From Bilabrum cf. latius (Eukaryota): a stretch of DNA of 64,000 bases. Positions 37,587 through 48,472 of the stretch are shown one piece after another. The stretch covers positions 62,001 through 126,000 of the forward strand of contig OZ237756.1 of NCBI GenBank assembly GCA_965178125.1, given 5' to 3'. A model generated the notes under the pieces. That model searched no databases and was not told the DNA's origin. It was given only the letters and a program-made list of their open reading frames with translations. Position numbers and translations under genes: made by a program. Numbering within the stretch: position 1 is the stretch's first letter; each line of letters begins with the position of its first letter.

Positions 37587-38751
37587 TCAGTCTCCGGCTC
37601 CGCCAGTGGCAGCCCCGGCCAACAAATCCACCTCGTCGTCCCCGTCCCCCTCTCCAGCACCTGCTCCGCTCTCTCCGCCCGCCTTGGCGCGGGCGATGGC
37701 CTTCTCGATGGCGGGGCCGATCGAAAACTCCGTCGCCGGGAACAGGGCAGCGCGAATCACTGGCTGTGCTCCGTGCAGCACCCCTTCCAGCCGCGACAGC
37801 AAGCGGTTGTCGCACTCCACCAGCCGGTCCACGCTGGTTGCAACCACTCCCAGGTCGGGCAGCTCCCCGGGGACCTAGTCCCCCCCGGGTTTCCCCACCC
37901 CACCCTCCTCCTCCTCCTCCACGGCCTCCACCTCGGTCAGGTCGGAGGCTCGCCTCTAGCCCAGCGATGCGTGGGGGTCCAGACCCACAGAGGGCACGAA
38001 GTCGTCCAGCACAGGGGCGCTTCCACCGTGCTCGCCCTCCCCGCCCCCGTCCTTCCAAGCCTGCATCGCACGGTCGTGCGCCCGCCTGCGCTGCTCCATG
38101 ACGAGTGCCCGTACCCTCTCGAGGTCCTTGGGGCTCCCGAAGTGCTGCCTGTCGTCGGGGTGCACCACGAGGAGCACCTCGCGGACGAACGATGACACGT
38201 CCTCTGCCGCGCGGCGGTCGTCCTCCCGCTCCCTGCTCGTCAATCGCACGATAGCCTGAGCGGCCAGGCGATCTAGCAGCCGGCCGTATGCTGACGGATC
38301 TCTGCGTTTCAGCTCAATTGCTTGCATTGCGCTCTGTTTCTGCAACTCCAGCAGGTGCTTGTTCATCGCATCCAGCATAGTCTTTCGAGCTGACCGTTTC
38401 AAGTCAGCTTCATCGCTGCGTAACGGCCGGGTGCAATCAGTCGAAACACCATGAGACAAATGGCATGCACAGAGACACGAGTGATCCGACATGGATCCTT
38501 CTTGTGCCGCTCGGGACAATAGCTTACACTTTCGACTTTGTTAGTAATCTATTAAGTTCATCTTGTCTTAATGCCGCAAGCCTGTCGTCTTCCTCCTTCT
38601 TTAGGGTTGCCCTGCGTGTGCTCAATTCACGGCTGGTCCTCATCTGCAATTCCTTGATTTTTTGTGCAGCCTCAAGCCTGATAAATCGCACCATCTGGTC
38701 AATTTGAAACTAAGCATCGGAATCAGAGAGGCCACGCTGCACAGCTGACAT
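37587..38751 (-). CDS. V-type ATPase subunit E-like, divergent (~350 aa; intron 38416-38527)
   Basis: LSDSDA*FQIDQMVRFIRLEAAQKIKE matches the V-ATPase E N-terminus, and the C-terminal GVVATSVDRLVECDNRLLSRL matches GGV....GKI.V.NTL.SRL. GTAAGC...ACGCAG intron; TAGs at 38710, 37956 and 37875; ends TGA. Confidence 0.78.
38416..38527 (-). other. Spliceosomal intron in the V-ATPase E-like gene
   Basis: GTAAGC donor and ACGCAG acceptor. Needed to join two frames, and it removes an in-frame TAA. Confidence 0.8.
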
Positions 38752-38855
38752 GATTGTGAGCGCGATCGAGCAGCCGCCATACAGTGCCAGTTGCGTGCAC
38801 TTCGGCGACCGACCGGAATTCGTCTTTGTATCGATCTCATGCCACTGCAGCAGGC

Positions 38856-40395
38856 ATGGATGGGGCTAGAAGCCTGTTTAGGTCTGTATTCGAAGCAGTT
38901 GGTAGCAGTTGGTGCCCCGGACGGAAGCGTCAGCGCGAAGCAAGCAACGATATCGAACCGATTGCTGTGTCTCAAGCTCTAGACCAGAGCGAGCACAGAT
39001 CCCGAAAAAAGCGAAGGAAGGACACGTTATCATCACAGGACTCTCTCAGTAATAGTTCAAGTAGCGAAGTCTCGCGTAGGGCGCTAGCTTCCTCGGGTCG
39101 CAGCGTAGACCAGTCACCAGCGCTGTCGCCTGTGAGTGCGAATACCCCTTTGGACGTTGGAGGGCTGGTCAAGGACATTTCAGGGTCTTAGGACCGCATT
39201 TAGTCGTCTTAGTTACGTATCATGGACAAGAAGCGCCGACTGACCGACACCCAAGCGAGCGTGATGCGAATGGCAAAGATGGTGGCTCAAATGGACAAGC
39301 TTGTCAAGCAGCGAGAATCCAATTAGACATACTTACGACAGACACAGTAGGACCTGGAGAAGCTTGTTCCATCGAACCAACCAGGCACAGCCTCCTAGCA
39401 GGGTGCTCTCCGCCGCGAGGTGCAGGAGGCCTTGCAGCTGGACGCCAGGCTGCAGCAGGAGGTGCACCGCCTCATGCAGGACATTGAGGAAGAGGGGCCC
39501 AGGGCAGGAGTGCGCACTCCCACCCGGAGCACCCCTGCCAAGCCCAGCATTAGAAGGGCGGCAAAAGAGGCAGGGGGGCCCTCGGGTCGAGGTGGACGCG
39601 CGTCAGGCAGAAGGCCCAGCGCCACGAAGGCCTCCGGCAGCTCCATGGTGCATCGCACTGTCGCACCCACCCCGAGGCGACCATCAACAGGTGCAGCACA
39701 GGCACTGGCAGTGGCACCCAGCCCGCCCAGCGACGGTGCAGGTGCTGGCTCGCCGTCCTCGTCCCCGTCTCCGCCCTTGCCTGGTGCGGTCGGTCTCGGC
39801 GCGATCTACGGCTCCTCCATGCGGGGCATGACCACGGCCCAGAAAGTGGACGCCCTGAGGAACAGAGCGAGGGCGCTGGTGGGGCGGGGTGGGGGTGAAC
39901 GTGTGGATGTGGGTGCACGGCACGATGGTGCTGGGCGAGGCATGCGGGAAACAGCGAAAGACGCATCGAGCCACCGTGGGGGTGCAGGGCACGATGGTGC
40001 ACGACAGAAGGCTGGGAAACAGCTGACCAACTCACGCGACCCTGTGGCCTGGATGCTTAGCCAATCGTCTTCCTCCTCGTCCTCTGCGTCCGCGTCTAAG
40101 CCAAGCGCGGCCGCTGCCCGGCCGCCCAAGCAGGCCCGCTCTGCTGCTGCCCCGAGGCTGAGGTCGCCGCTGCGACTCAATCGAGGGCGCCTGGGTAGCC
40201 GAAAGCAGCGCAGTGCAGTGCATCAAGCACCTGCAGCACGGGCCACGGTTACTGCCACCACCCCTCCGCGCGGCCTCTCGCAGGGCCCCTCCATTGAGAC
40301 GCTGGAGGAGAGCCTCATCGCTGCAGTGGCCGGGGGTGCGGCGGGGGCAGGAGCCAGGCCAAGGGAGGGAACAAGCAGGGCAGGCAAAGCACCTG

Positions 40396-40426
<31 letters not shown>

Positions 40427-43400
40427 CTCGACGCAGGACAAAGTGCGTCGGCTAGAGGCGCTGCTGGACAGCATGGACACCGCCCTGCGCGGCATCACCG
40501 CAGACGGGATCGACATAGGCACCTCGGATCGCGAGGTGCAGGCCGCGGAGCTGGGAGGGGGCTTGCTGCTGGCCCCTGCCCCTGGAGACATCGAGAGGGG
40601 CGGCATGCCTGCGAGCAGGAGGCTGGGGGACTCGATGCCCCAGAACTCCAAGCAGCTGCAGAGGATGCTGCTGATGGCCGAGCAAAGGGCCGTGCACAGG
40701 CTCCAGGCGAGTGCGAGAGATGACGGGGCGCTGTGGTCGCAAGGCAGAGGCAGGGACAGAAGCAGGGGCAGTGGTAGTGCGGGCAAGCCCATGAGGTCTG
40801 CACCCGGCTCGATTGCTAGGAATGGTGCGAGGACCACTGAGGGCTCTGGCGCAGATGGAGCCGGAAGGGGTTTGGGGGCCGGTGAGAACGGGTACGATAA
40901 TGCACTCTGGGGCGGGAGTGCGGTCTCGTTTGGTGATAACGAAGGTACTTCTGGGATTCTAGATGGGGTTGTGGATAGGCACGGGCCTCTGGATGGGGAT
41001 CTGGACGGCGGCAGAGGCGGCAGCAGGTCGGGTAGGAGGAAGACTTCGCCGCTGGGCCATGCCGCAGCACAGGCCAGGCGAGCCTCTCAGTCGCTGTCCC
41101 CTCGAGTGATCAAGGAGCATGCGGGGGCCGAGACTGCGGCAGCCGCAGACAAAGACGACGGGCACCGTCACAGGCTGGAGCATGAAGAGGATGGCCGGAA
41201 GAACGAGGTGGAGGAGGAGGAAGAGGAGGAGGTGGAGGTGCTGAGCCGCGGGAGTGGGGATGAAGATGAAGAGAGCGTCTAGGAGGACGAAGATGATGAT
41301 GAGGACGAGCACGAGGTGGTGGACGTGGTCGATCCGCCTGAAGAGGGCGACAGTCATGATCCCAGCGCGGGTTCGTCTGGCCTCAAGGAGGACAACGGAG
41401 TGGTGCTGGTGCTGTCCTCGGACAGCGACGAGGACAGCGACAGCGAGGACAACAGTGACGATGACAGCGACGCAGACGACAGCACGCACCCAGGGCGCGC
41501 TCCCTCCTCCCGGAGAACTGGCGCTCCAGCGCAGCAGCAGCAGCAGCCCCCGATGGACGCACATAGGGAGTCCCAGGCACTTGCACTCGTCAGCGGCATG
41601 ATGGCTTTCAGGGGAGGGCACGACGATGCGAGCGGTGTAGAGGCATCTATCGATGCCGCGGCAGCCAGCGCTCGAGAGGGCGAGGAGGAGGACGAGAACT
41701 CGCAGGCCACTCGAGACCTCACCGGGGAAAGGGAGAGCGAAGGTGCGCTTGATCTGGCCTGCGGGCCCGAGGGACCGGTCGTGTGCGAGGGAGATGAAGT
41801 GTTCGGGGGACCCCCCGAGCTGGACAATGCCGTGCTGGGGCACATGGACGCGGAGGACGTGGCTGGTGCACAGGCCCCCACCGATGCAGAGGCAGCTGCC
41901 AGGCGGCAGGCCGTGGTGGATGCGGCGCTCGCAGCACTCCGCGGCTCCGGTGCGCTGACTGCCCACCAGCTGTCTCAGGCCCGCCCTTTCCTGGAGTCCA
42001 TCCGAGGGGGCAGGCCACCGATGTGCCCGCTGCCCACGGCTGGCGAGATGGCAGCTCTAGCCTTCGCCATGTTCGCGCCGCTGGCCTCGGTGAGCCCCAA
42101 GAATATCAGCGAGGAGGACTTGGTGGGGCGGGTGGATGGTACAGCGGTGAAGATCAGGGACTTCAGGCGACTGGTGGACGGGGAGTGGACCACGGATGAG
42201 ACGATCAACTTCTGCATGCGGCTCTTGATCCACGAGTGCAAAGGGGGGTCTCAGTTTACGAGGACGGTCCGCCTGGGCTACAGGAGGGCGAGGGCTGTGT
42301 ATGCCCGGGGGCAGGCTTTGAGGGACGCCGATGCCGCTGCTGCCGCTGCTGCGCGAGACGAGGGCTTAGGTAGGGGTGCCGCAGCCGCTGCGCCTCGGTT
42401 GGACGGGTACAGGGAGCTCCCGGAGGAAGTGGTTGTCATGAAGCGCCCTGCCGTGAGGGTGAGAGGTCCCTTCGGCACAGCAGGACGGAGGGCGCAGACA
42501 ATGACCAGCTTCCTAGCAGAGAGGATGGTGACTGCGGGGGCGGGGCCGGACCAGGCCTTCACCGCCAAGGCCGCCGCGCTGCTGCCCCGCGCCGTGTACG
42601 GAAGGCCTCTCTCCGACCGGAGGGCGCGGCTGCCTCCCGAGGGGCTCCTGTACAGGTACGACAACGTGAGGAGGTGGCTGTACAAGCGGAACTGCGCCCA
42701 ACTCGCCCACTTGGACGTGGTTTTGGTGCCCATCAACCTGCTCAACACGCACTGGGCATTCTTTGGGATCGACGCGCGGCCGCACGCGCGACTTTTGGCC
42801 TACCACGACAGTCTGCCTGGGTCTGGAGACCCTCTGGGCCCCCATCGGCGCGCCTTCCACCTAGGGGCCGTGCTCTGGCAGTGGGTCCAGGACGAGGGGA
42901 GGAGGGCGGTCGAAGACGGCCACAGTAGCCGCATGCCGGGTGCTCCCATCCCAGCGGCGGGGGCGCGCCGCATGCCCCTCAGCGAGCGCGGGAGAGCGGC
43001 ACTGTGCGCGGGGGGGCTGGGGGACGGGAGCGGGGATGCGGGTGAGATAGCTGCAGCTGCAGCTGCCCGAGGCAAGGAGAAGGGAGGAACCGGGGCATGG
43101 TCCTCTGCGGGTCGGGTGCAGCGCGCTGCGGTGCACGCCACCAGCACGGAGGACGTGCCCTTCCGCATGGTGCGGGCCCGGAACAGCGCGAGGCAGCACA
43201 ACGGGTTCGACTGCGGTCTCTTCACGGTGGAGTATGCCCGTTGCTTCCTGCGGTATGATGCCTGCGACCCTGGGAGCTACCCCAGGGGCCCAGCCATTGA
43301 CGAGCAGGGCAAGATCGGTGCGGCCCCCGCGGATTTCTCGCAGGCGGACATGCGTGCCATTCGCCGGCGGGTGGCGATGGAGATAGTCAGGTCGGGCGCC

Positions 43401-44360
43401 AAGGGAGACGGTCGAGGAGTGCGGAGGATGCTGCGTCTGGCTGGCCTCAGGGAAGCACAAGGCGGCAGGGTGATCAGAGCGATCGATGGGGTGCAGGAGT
43501 GGGTCGTGGGAGAGGCCCCTCCTGGCGGCGATAGCGATGGCAAGGGAGATGGAGATGGAGTGGGTGCACCCTAGGCTTCATCTGCGTTGTTCCCTGCTCG
43601 CGGCGGCATGGGTATGGGGGCGAGTGCAATGCACGGTGGTGCATCCGGTGGGGATGACGGCAGCACGGACGGAAGCAGTGGCAGTGGCGAGGGGAGGTCC
43701 AGCCAGGGATCTCCCGAGCCCGATGCAGCTGGAGGTTCAGGTGGGCAGAGCGTTCGAGTGCAGCCGAGTGCGAGGAAGCAAGGGGGGAGAAGAGAGGAGG
43801 AGGAGGAGGATGGGTCCAGCAGCAGCGATGATGATGGAGATATTGGCGACGAAGAGGGTGACGATGATGATGATGATGACGATGACAGCGATCTTGAGAT
43901 CGTGGGGATGCTGGACGAGGACGGTGTGGCGCAGCCTATCCCCGGCAGCTCCGCAGGCGCAGCAGGTGCAACAGGTCAAGAGGGGCAGGAGGACCAGGAC
44001 GAGGAGCTGGAGCTGCAGGCCGCCCTGGTGGCGAGCCTGCATCAGGGCAAGGGCAATGGTCACGGGCAAGGGCGCGGGCACGGGCACGGGCACGGGCACG
44101 GGCGCGGTGATGCTGACGGCGGGCGGAGGGATACTGGATTTGATGCCGGGGGGTGGGGGCGGGATGGGATGGCTGGCACTGGGCAGGGACTCGCAGTGAG
44201 CAGCTCGCAGGCTGCCATGGTGGCAGCAGAGGCGGCGCGGCGGGCGGCTGGACAGCAGCCCATGGACTGGAGCCTTGGGGGAGTCAGGGATGAGGAAGGG
44301 GAGGAGGAGGAGGAGGAGGAGGAGGAGGACGGTGATGATGCAGAGATGCACTGGCTTTGA
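38856..44360 (+). CDS. Ulp1/SENP (peptidase C48) SUMO protease with long disordered flanks (~1834 aa)
   Basis: GEWTTDETINF, YDNVRRW, VLVPINLLNTHW (His), YHDSL (Asp), RQHNGFDCGLF (Gln/Cys), DFSQADM..IRRR. Eight in-frame TAGs; ends TGA. Confidence 0.85.
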
Positions 44361-44595
44361 TTGAGGATTGAAGCAGAAGGGGTGTAATCATGAGTACATT
44401 CTTGTTTATTGCAGCTTGTCAACGGCGCTTGTCCTTTGCACCTGCCAGTGGTCAGAAAGAAGCTAGCAGCTGGCCATGGTGGTTGGATCCTGCGGCCACC
44501 AGTGGAGAGCGCCACAATCCAGCGATGATCACGCAGAGAGCTTTGACCGTCGCTTCAAGCTAAGCAAGGATCCACGACAAAGGCTACTCCATCCA

Positions 44596-45237
44596 TCAGT
44601 AGGTGCCCTCCTTCGCAAATAGGTTGCCGGGGTTCGTCATCGCCTTGAACTCAAGCGAGTTGCCGCTCGGGTCCTTAAAGAACATTGTGTACTGCTCTCC
44701 TGCCTATCCTTTGAATCGTAAATGTGGCTCTATGATGAAATCGATGCCAGCATCTTGAAGACGACCGGCAAGCGTCTTGAACTCGGGGACGGACAGGCAG
44801 ACGCCGAAATGAGGGACTGGCACATCATCGGAATCCACGGGGTTGTAGAAGTCCCTTGCGCGATAATCTGATCCAACGCAATGTGCCACGAGCTGGTGAC
44901 CGAACAACGAATAATCTTGCCACGAAGTGGAGCTGCGACCCTCCATGAGCTGCATTGTACCGCCGTAGAACGCTTTTGCCTCGTCGAGATCGTGGACAGG
45001 AATGGCCAAGTGAAATGGCCGGACTTCTTCAGTAGTGTCGCTGCTCATTGACCTAACCTAGCCGCGTGCTGCGCATGCTGAGACTGAAGATCCAGCAAGA
45101 ATACCAGCAAAGGCGGAACCAACTGCCACCGAGCTTGCTGTGCTACGAAGCAAGCACGGGGCTGACCGAATAGCATGATACGGCTGGATTACACGCTTTG
45201 AGGCGTTCAGCAACCGTGCGATAGCTCGCACGCGCAT
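44596..45237 (-). CDS. VOC/glyoxalase-bleomycin-resistance family protein with probable mitochondrial presequence (~213 aa)
   Basis: [59 protein letters not shown]. TAGs at 45058 and 44704; ends TGA 44596. Confidence 0.88.
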
Positions 45238-45335
45238 GGTAGACAAGTATAAACCGAAGCCGATCCACAAGCGATTTGCACTCGTCATCATCCACACCAC
45301 TGCGGTCCAAAAAATAAGCTCTTCCTTTTTTAATC

Positions 45336-46070
45336 ATGCGGGGAAGAATCAATAGTTTGCGAGTGTCAGGCAACGGGGATATGTAGCGTATGTTGAAACG
45401 TCTGGTGTCTCTGAATTCGAAGCCGATCGCATGGAGTTCATTTAAGATGAGGTACCTCGGAGACATGTCAGTGCAGTGTGTTCAAAATGGTTTCCGGACA
45501 TTGCACGTATCTGCATGCGCCTCGGATGACTAGGATTTACCGTGGATCAACGAAGATCACGCTAGCGTTGCGGCTCAGCTGAAGGCATTGTCTGAGCGAG
45601 GCCTTGTAGATGCCGCGCTATCTAATGAGACCAGGAAGGTTAAAGGCAAGCGTGCACTTAAGAAAACCGCTCTCCAAGCTGTTGTTGCTGTCAAAGATGG
45701 AAACAAGCCCCCTTCAAAGCTGTCAATCGACGAGCTTCTGTCTCGAGCTCTGCGTGCTGCCCCAGAAGTCGACACTCCGTGGGGAAGTACGGACTTGACA
45801 CAAGGCGAATCTGCACAGGCTGGATCGCAAGGCCAAGACCAACAGCAAACCGTGCCAGCTGCAAGTAGCCATGCGAGTTAGAGTGCTCCTAAGGCGGACA
45901 AAGCTGCGCTTGCACATACCCCAGGCACGCCCGATCAGGGCAAGGTGTCTGGCACTGGCAGGGAGGCTGCAGGCGATGAATCCAGTGGCAGTGGTTCCGG
46001 TGAAGCGAGCCAAGACGACGCCAGCCTTGATCTTGCAGGTTATTTGCTCCGCCAGACCGGTCGTAGATGA
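45336..46070 (+). CDS. Hypothetical protein (~244 aa; start may be 45381 or 45390), possibly mitochondrial
   Basis: Open frame with three TAGs, ending in TGA 46068. Basic, acid-poor N-terminus. No family recognised. Confidence 0.5.
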
Positions 46071-46373
46071 TGCTGCGCAATGGTGGGCGCGTGCAGCCAG
46101 CATCGCTTGAAGAGGTGGCCTGACTAATTGTTGTCTACAGTGTCTCTACACTTGATGCATGCTGGGGCAGGCACAAGGCAAGCTGAACAGATCCCGTGAC
46201 TGTATTAATGTACGAACTGCGAAAGATCTACGCATATCTATTCCTGTTCAATCACATTCCCAGCCAGCGTGCAGCGGCGCCCCCGCCTCCACCTGGCAGT
46301 TGCCGAGCCAACCGCCTAGCTGACTAGATCTACTGCAGCCACCCAGCCAACCGCCCCGCCGGCGTTTACACCC

Positions 46374-48299
46374 TCACGGAGTCTCAGTAGTCAAGAAAGC
46401 CAGCTTGGCCGCTTCATAGCTAGAGATCATCACGGCGCACGCCGGCGCCACTTTGGCCAGCCTCGCGCCCAGCCCCGCGAAGATTGCCCTGGGCCCCTCC
46501 TCTCTCACGATGTCCACCAGCATGCGCCACGTGCTCTCCGAGCCCCACACCCACCCGGAGGCGGCGTCGGGCCTGCACCGCGCCACGGCCGCCACCTGCA
46601 TGGCAAGCGCCCTCGTGCCGGCCCTGCACAGGGGAGGGACTTGCGGGTTGTGGGCGAGCGCAGCTGCACCCAGGCGAGCGTCTGCCCCGGCCAGGGAAGA
46701 CGATGCCGCCGAGGAGGCGCCTCCGCGCGCGAGTCCACGGGTAGCCTGACCCCCCAAACTCGAGCCAGAGCCCGCCGCCACGCTTCCGCCACCGCCTCCT
46801 GCCCCTCCTTTCTGCACCGCGGCCCCCTGCCCCTGGTCCAGGTGCAGCTGCACCTGCCTCCTAGTCTTGACCACATCGAATGGTGTGGTCACCGTGGCAG
46901 CCACTGCCCCTGAAGTGGCCCCTGCTGAGAAGGCCACGGCGAAGTTCTGCTGCCACGTGGCGTCCTCTAGCCGCTGCAGGCCCAGCGACCTCATCCCCCT
47001 AGCCTTGAGGGACTCGTAGCCCAGCCAATATATGGCGGAGAACGGCACATCCCGCAGCAGCGTGGGGCCCAGCCCCCTCCACAGAGACAGCAGCCCCTGA
47101 GACGAGGCCACCTCCTCCTGCAGCACCCGGAAGACCCCCAGCTTGCTTGCACCCGCGCTGGCCTGCATCCTCGTCCTCACCAGCTCAAGCGGGGCGATCA
47201 CAGTGGCGGCCATCGTCCTGGCACCAGCACCCGCCAGCAGGGGGGCCCAGGCGTGCAGCACGGCGCCCAGCCCCCTGGCATCGGGGCCCCCTGCCGCCCT
47301 CTGCAGCGACTGCCTGGTCTCGTCGTACGCGGTAAAGTACAGCGTGGTGCTCGGGACCGCCATGACGAGCGCAGGACTCAGCCCGCTCCACAGCGCCAGG
47401 GCGCCCTCGCCCCTGACGATCTGGGCCGCCGTGGCCCACAAGGACAGGGCCGCGGGCCGCACCACGCGGGCGGCGGCAGCCTCTGCAGCAGCCCGTGCGG
47501 CGGCCCTGGCCTGCTCCGCGGCGGCGTGCGCTGCAGTGCCCTGCGCCCCCACGCCGCCCGAGGCCCATGCCACGGAGAGGCCCCGAGCGCCACCAGACGA
47601 CCGCAGCATGATCCGGCTGGCACCGGCGCCCGGCCACCGCCCTCCCCCGGTGCCCCGCTCAACGCCACGGAAACTTGCCGTCGTCCGTCCGCCGGAACGG
47701 CGAGGTCCTCGACTGGTCGTGCCGCAAGCGCCTCGGATAAATTCGCCGGGCACCGCCCCGGTACGACTAGCTATTAAAACTATGGGGCTTCTGGCCTGGT
47801 GATGGATCGGTGCGTGCGCTGCTGCCACGCTTCCAGCGAAACGATGACGGTTCCGGTGCACAGAGCGTTTCGCTTGTCTCGCCCACTCTGACCACCGCTA
47901 CGCCCAGTGAAGACCCGTGGAGCGGCTTGGCACAGCCAAATAATGACGTCTGGCAGACTGCTGCTGCAGTGCCGTGTAGCCAGGCCTGCTAAGTTGTGGT
48001 GGGAGCTGTCGCCACGCACCCGTGCTGAACGGTCGCCCCTTCTGAGGCTTGCTTAAGGCGCTGCTGTCTGGAACTCGCGAAGTGTTCAATTTAGTTGGAG
48101 TAGAAGAGCTGCCTCGTGGCTCGCTGGCTTTTTCTTCCCGGCCAGTCCAATTGGTCATCTGCCTAGTCTTGATCACATCAAGCGGTGTGGTAAACAAGTT
48201 TGTCACAACTGCGCCGACACTTGCGGCCATAGCTTTCTGCCAAGGCAGAATATCTTGCCTATTCTTATCAGACGCGCATCCATTGTCATTGCAAGACAT
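46374..48299 (-). CDS. Mitochondrial carrier SLC25A39/40 (Mtm1)-like (~641 aa, long loop inserts)
   Basis: TPLDVIKTR, LWSGLSPALVMAVPSTTLYFTAYD, PLELVRTRMQ, SLWRGLGPTLLRDVPFSAIYW, TPFDVVKTRRQ, KVAPACAVMISSYE. One TAG (47898) links repeat 1 to the rest; ends TGA. Alternative ATG at 48374. Confidence 0.88.
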
Positions 48300-48472
48300 C
48301 GATACGAAAGATGCGGCAGCGACGGAGCAAGCGACGTGTTCTGTATTTTCGTCGGCCGAGACAAAAACGCACATTACAATTTTCAGATCTGGGTGTTCAG
48401 TGAAATTGGGCCTACGTTCAAAATTGATTGATCATATTCCTACCACTTTCGTTAAAATACGTTATACGTGGT

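Noticed and set aside
38520-38530. In-frame TAA in the V-ATPase E-like gene as evidence for TAA read-through
   Set aside because: It lies within the GTAAGC donor of the 38416-38527 intron.
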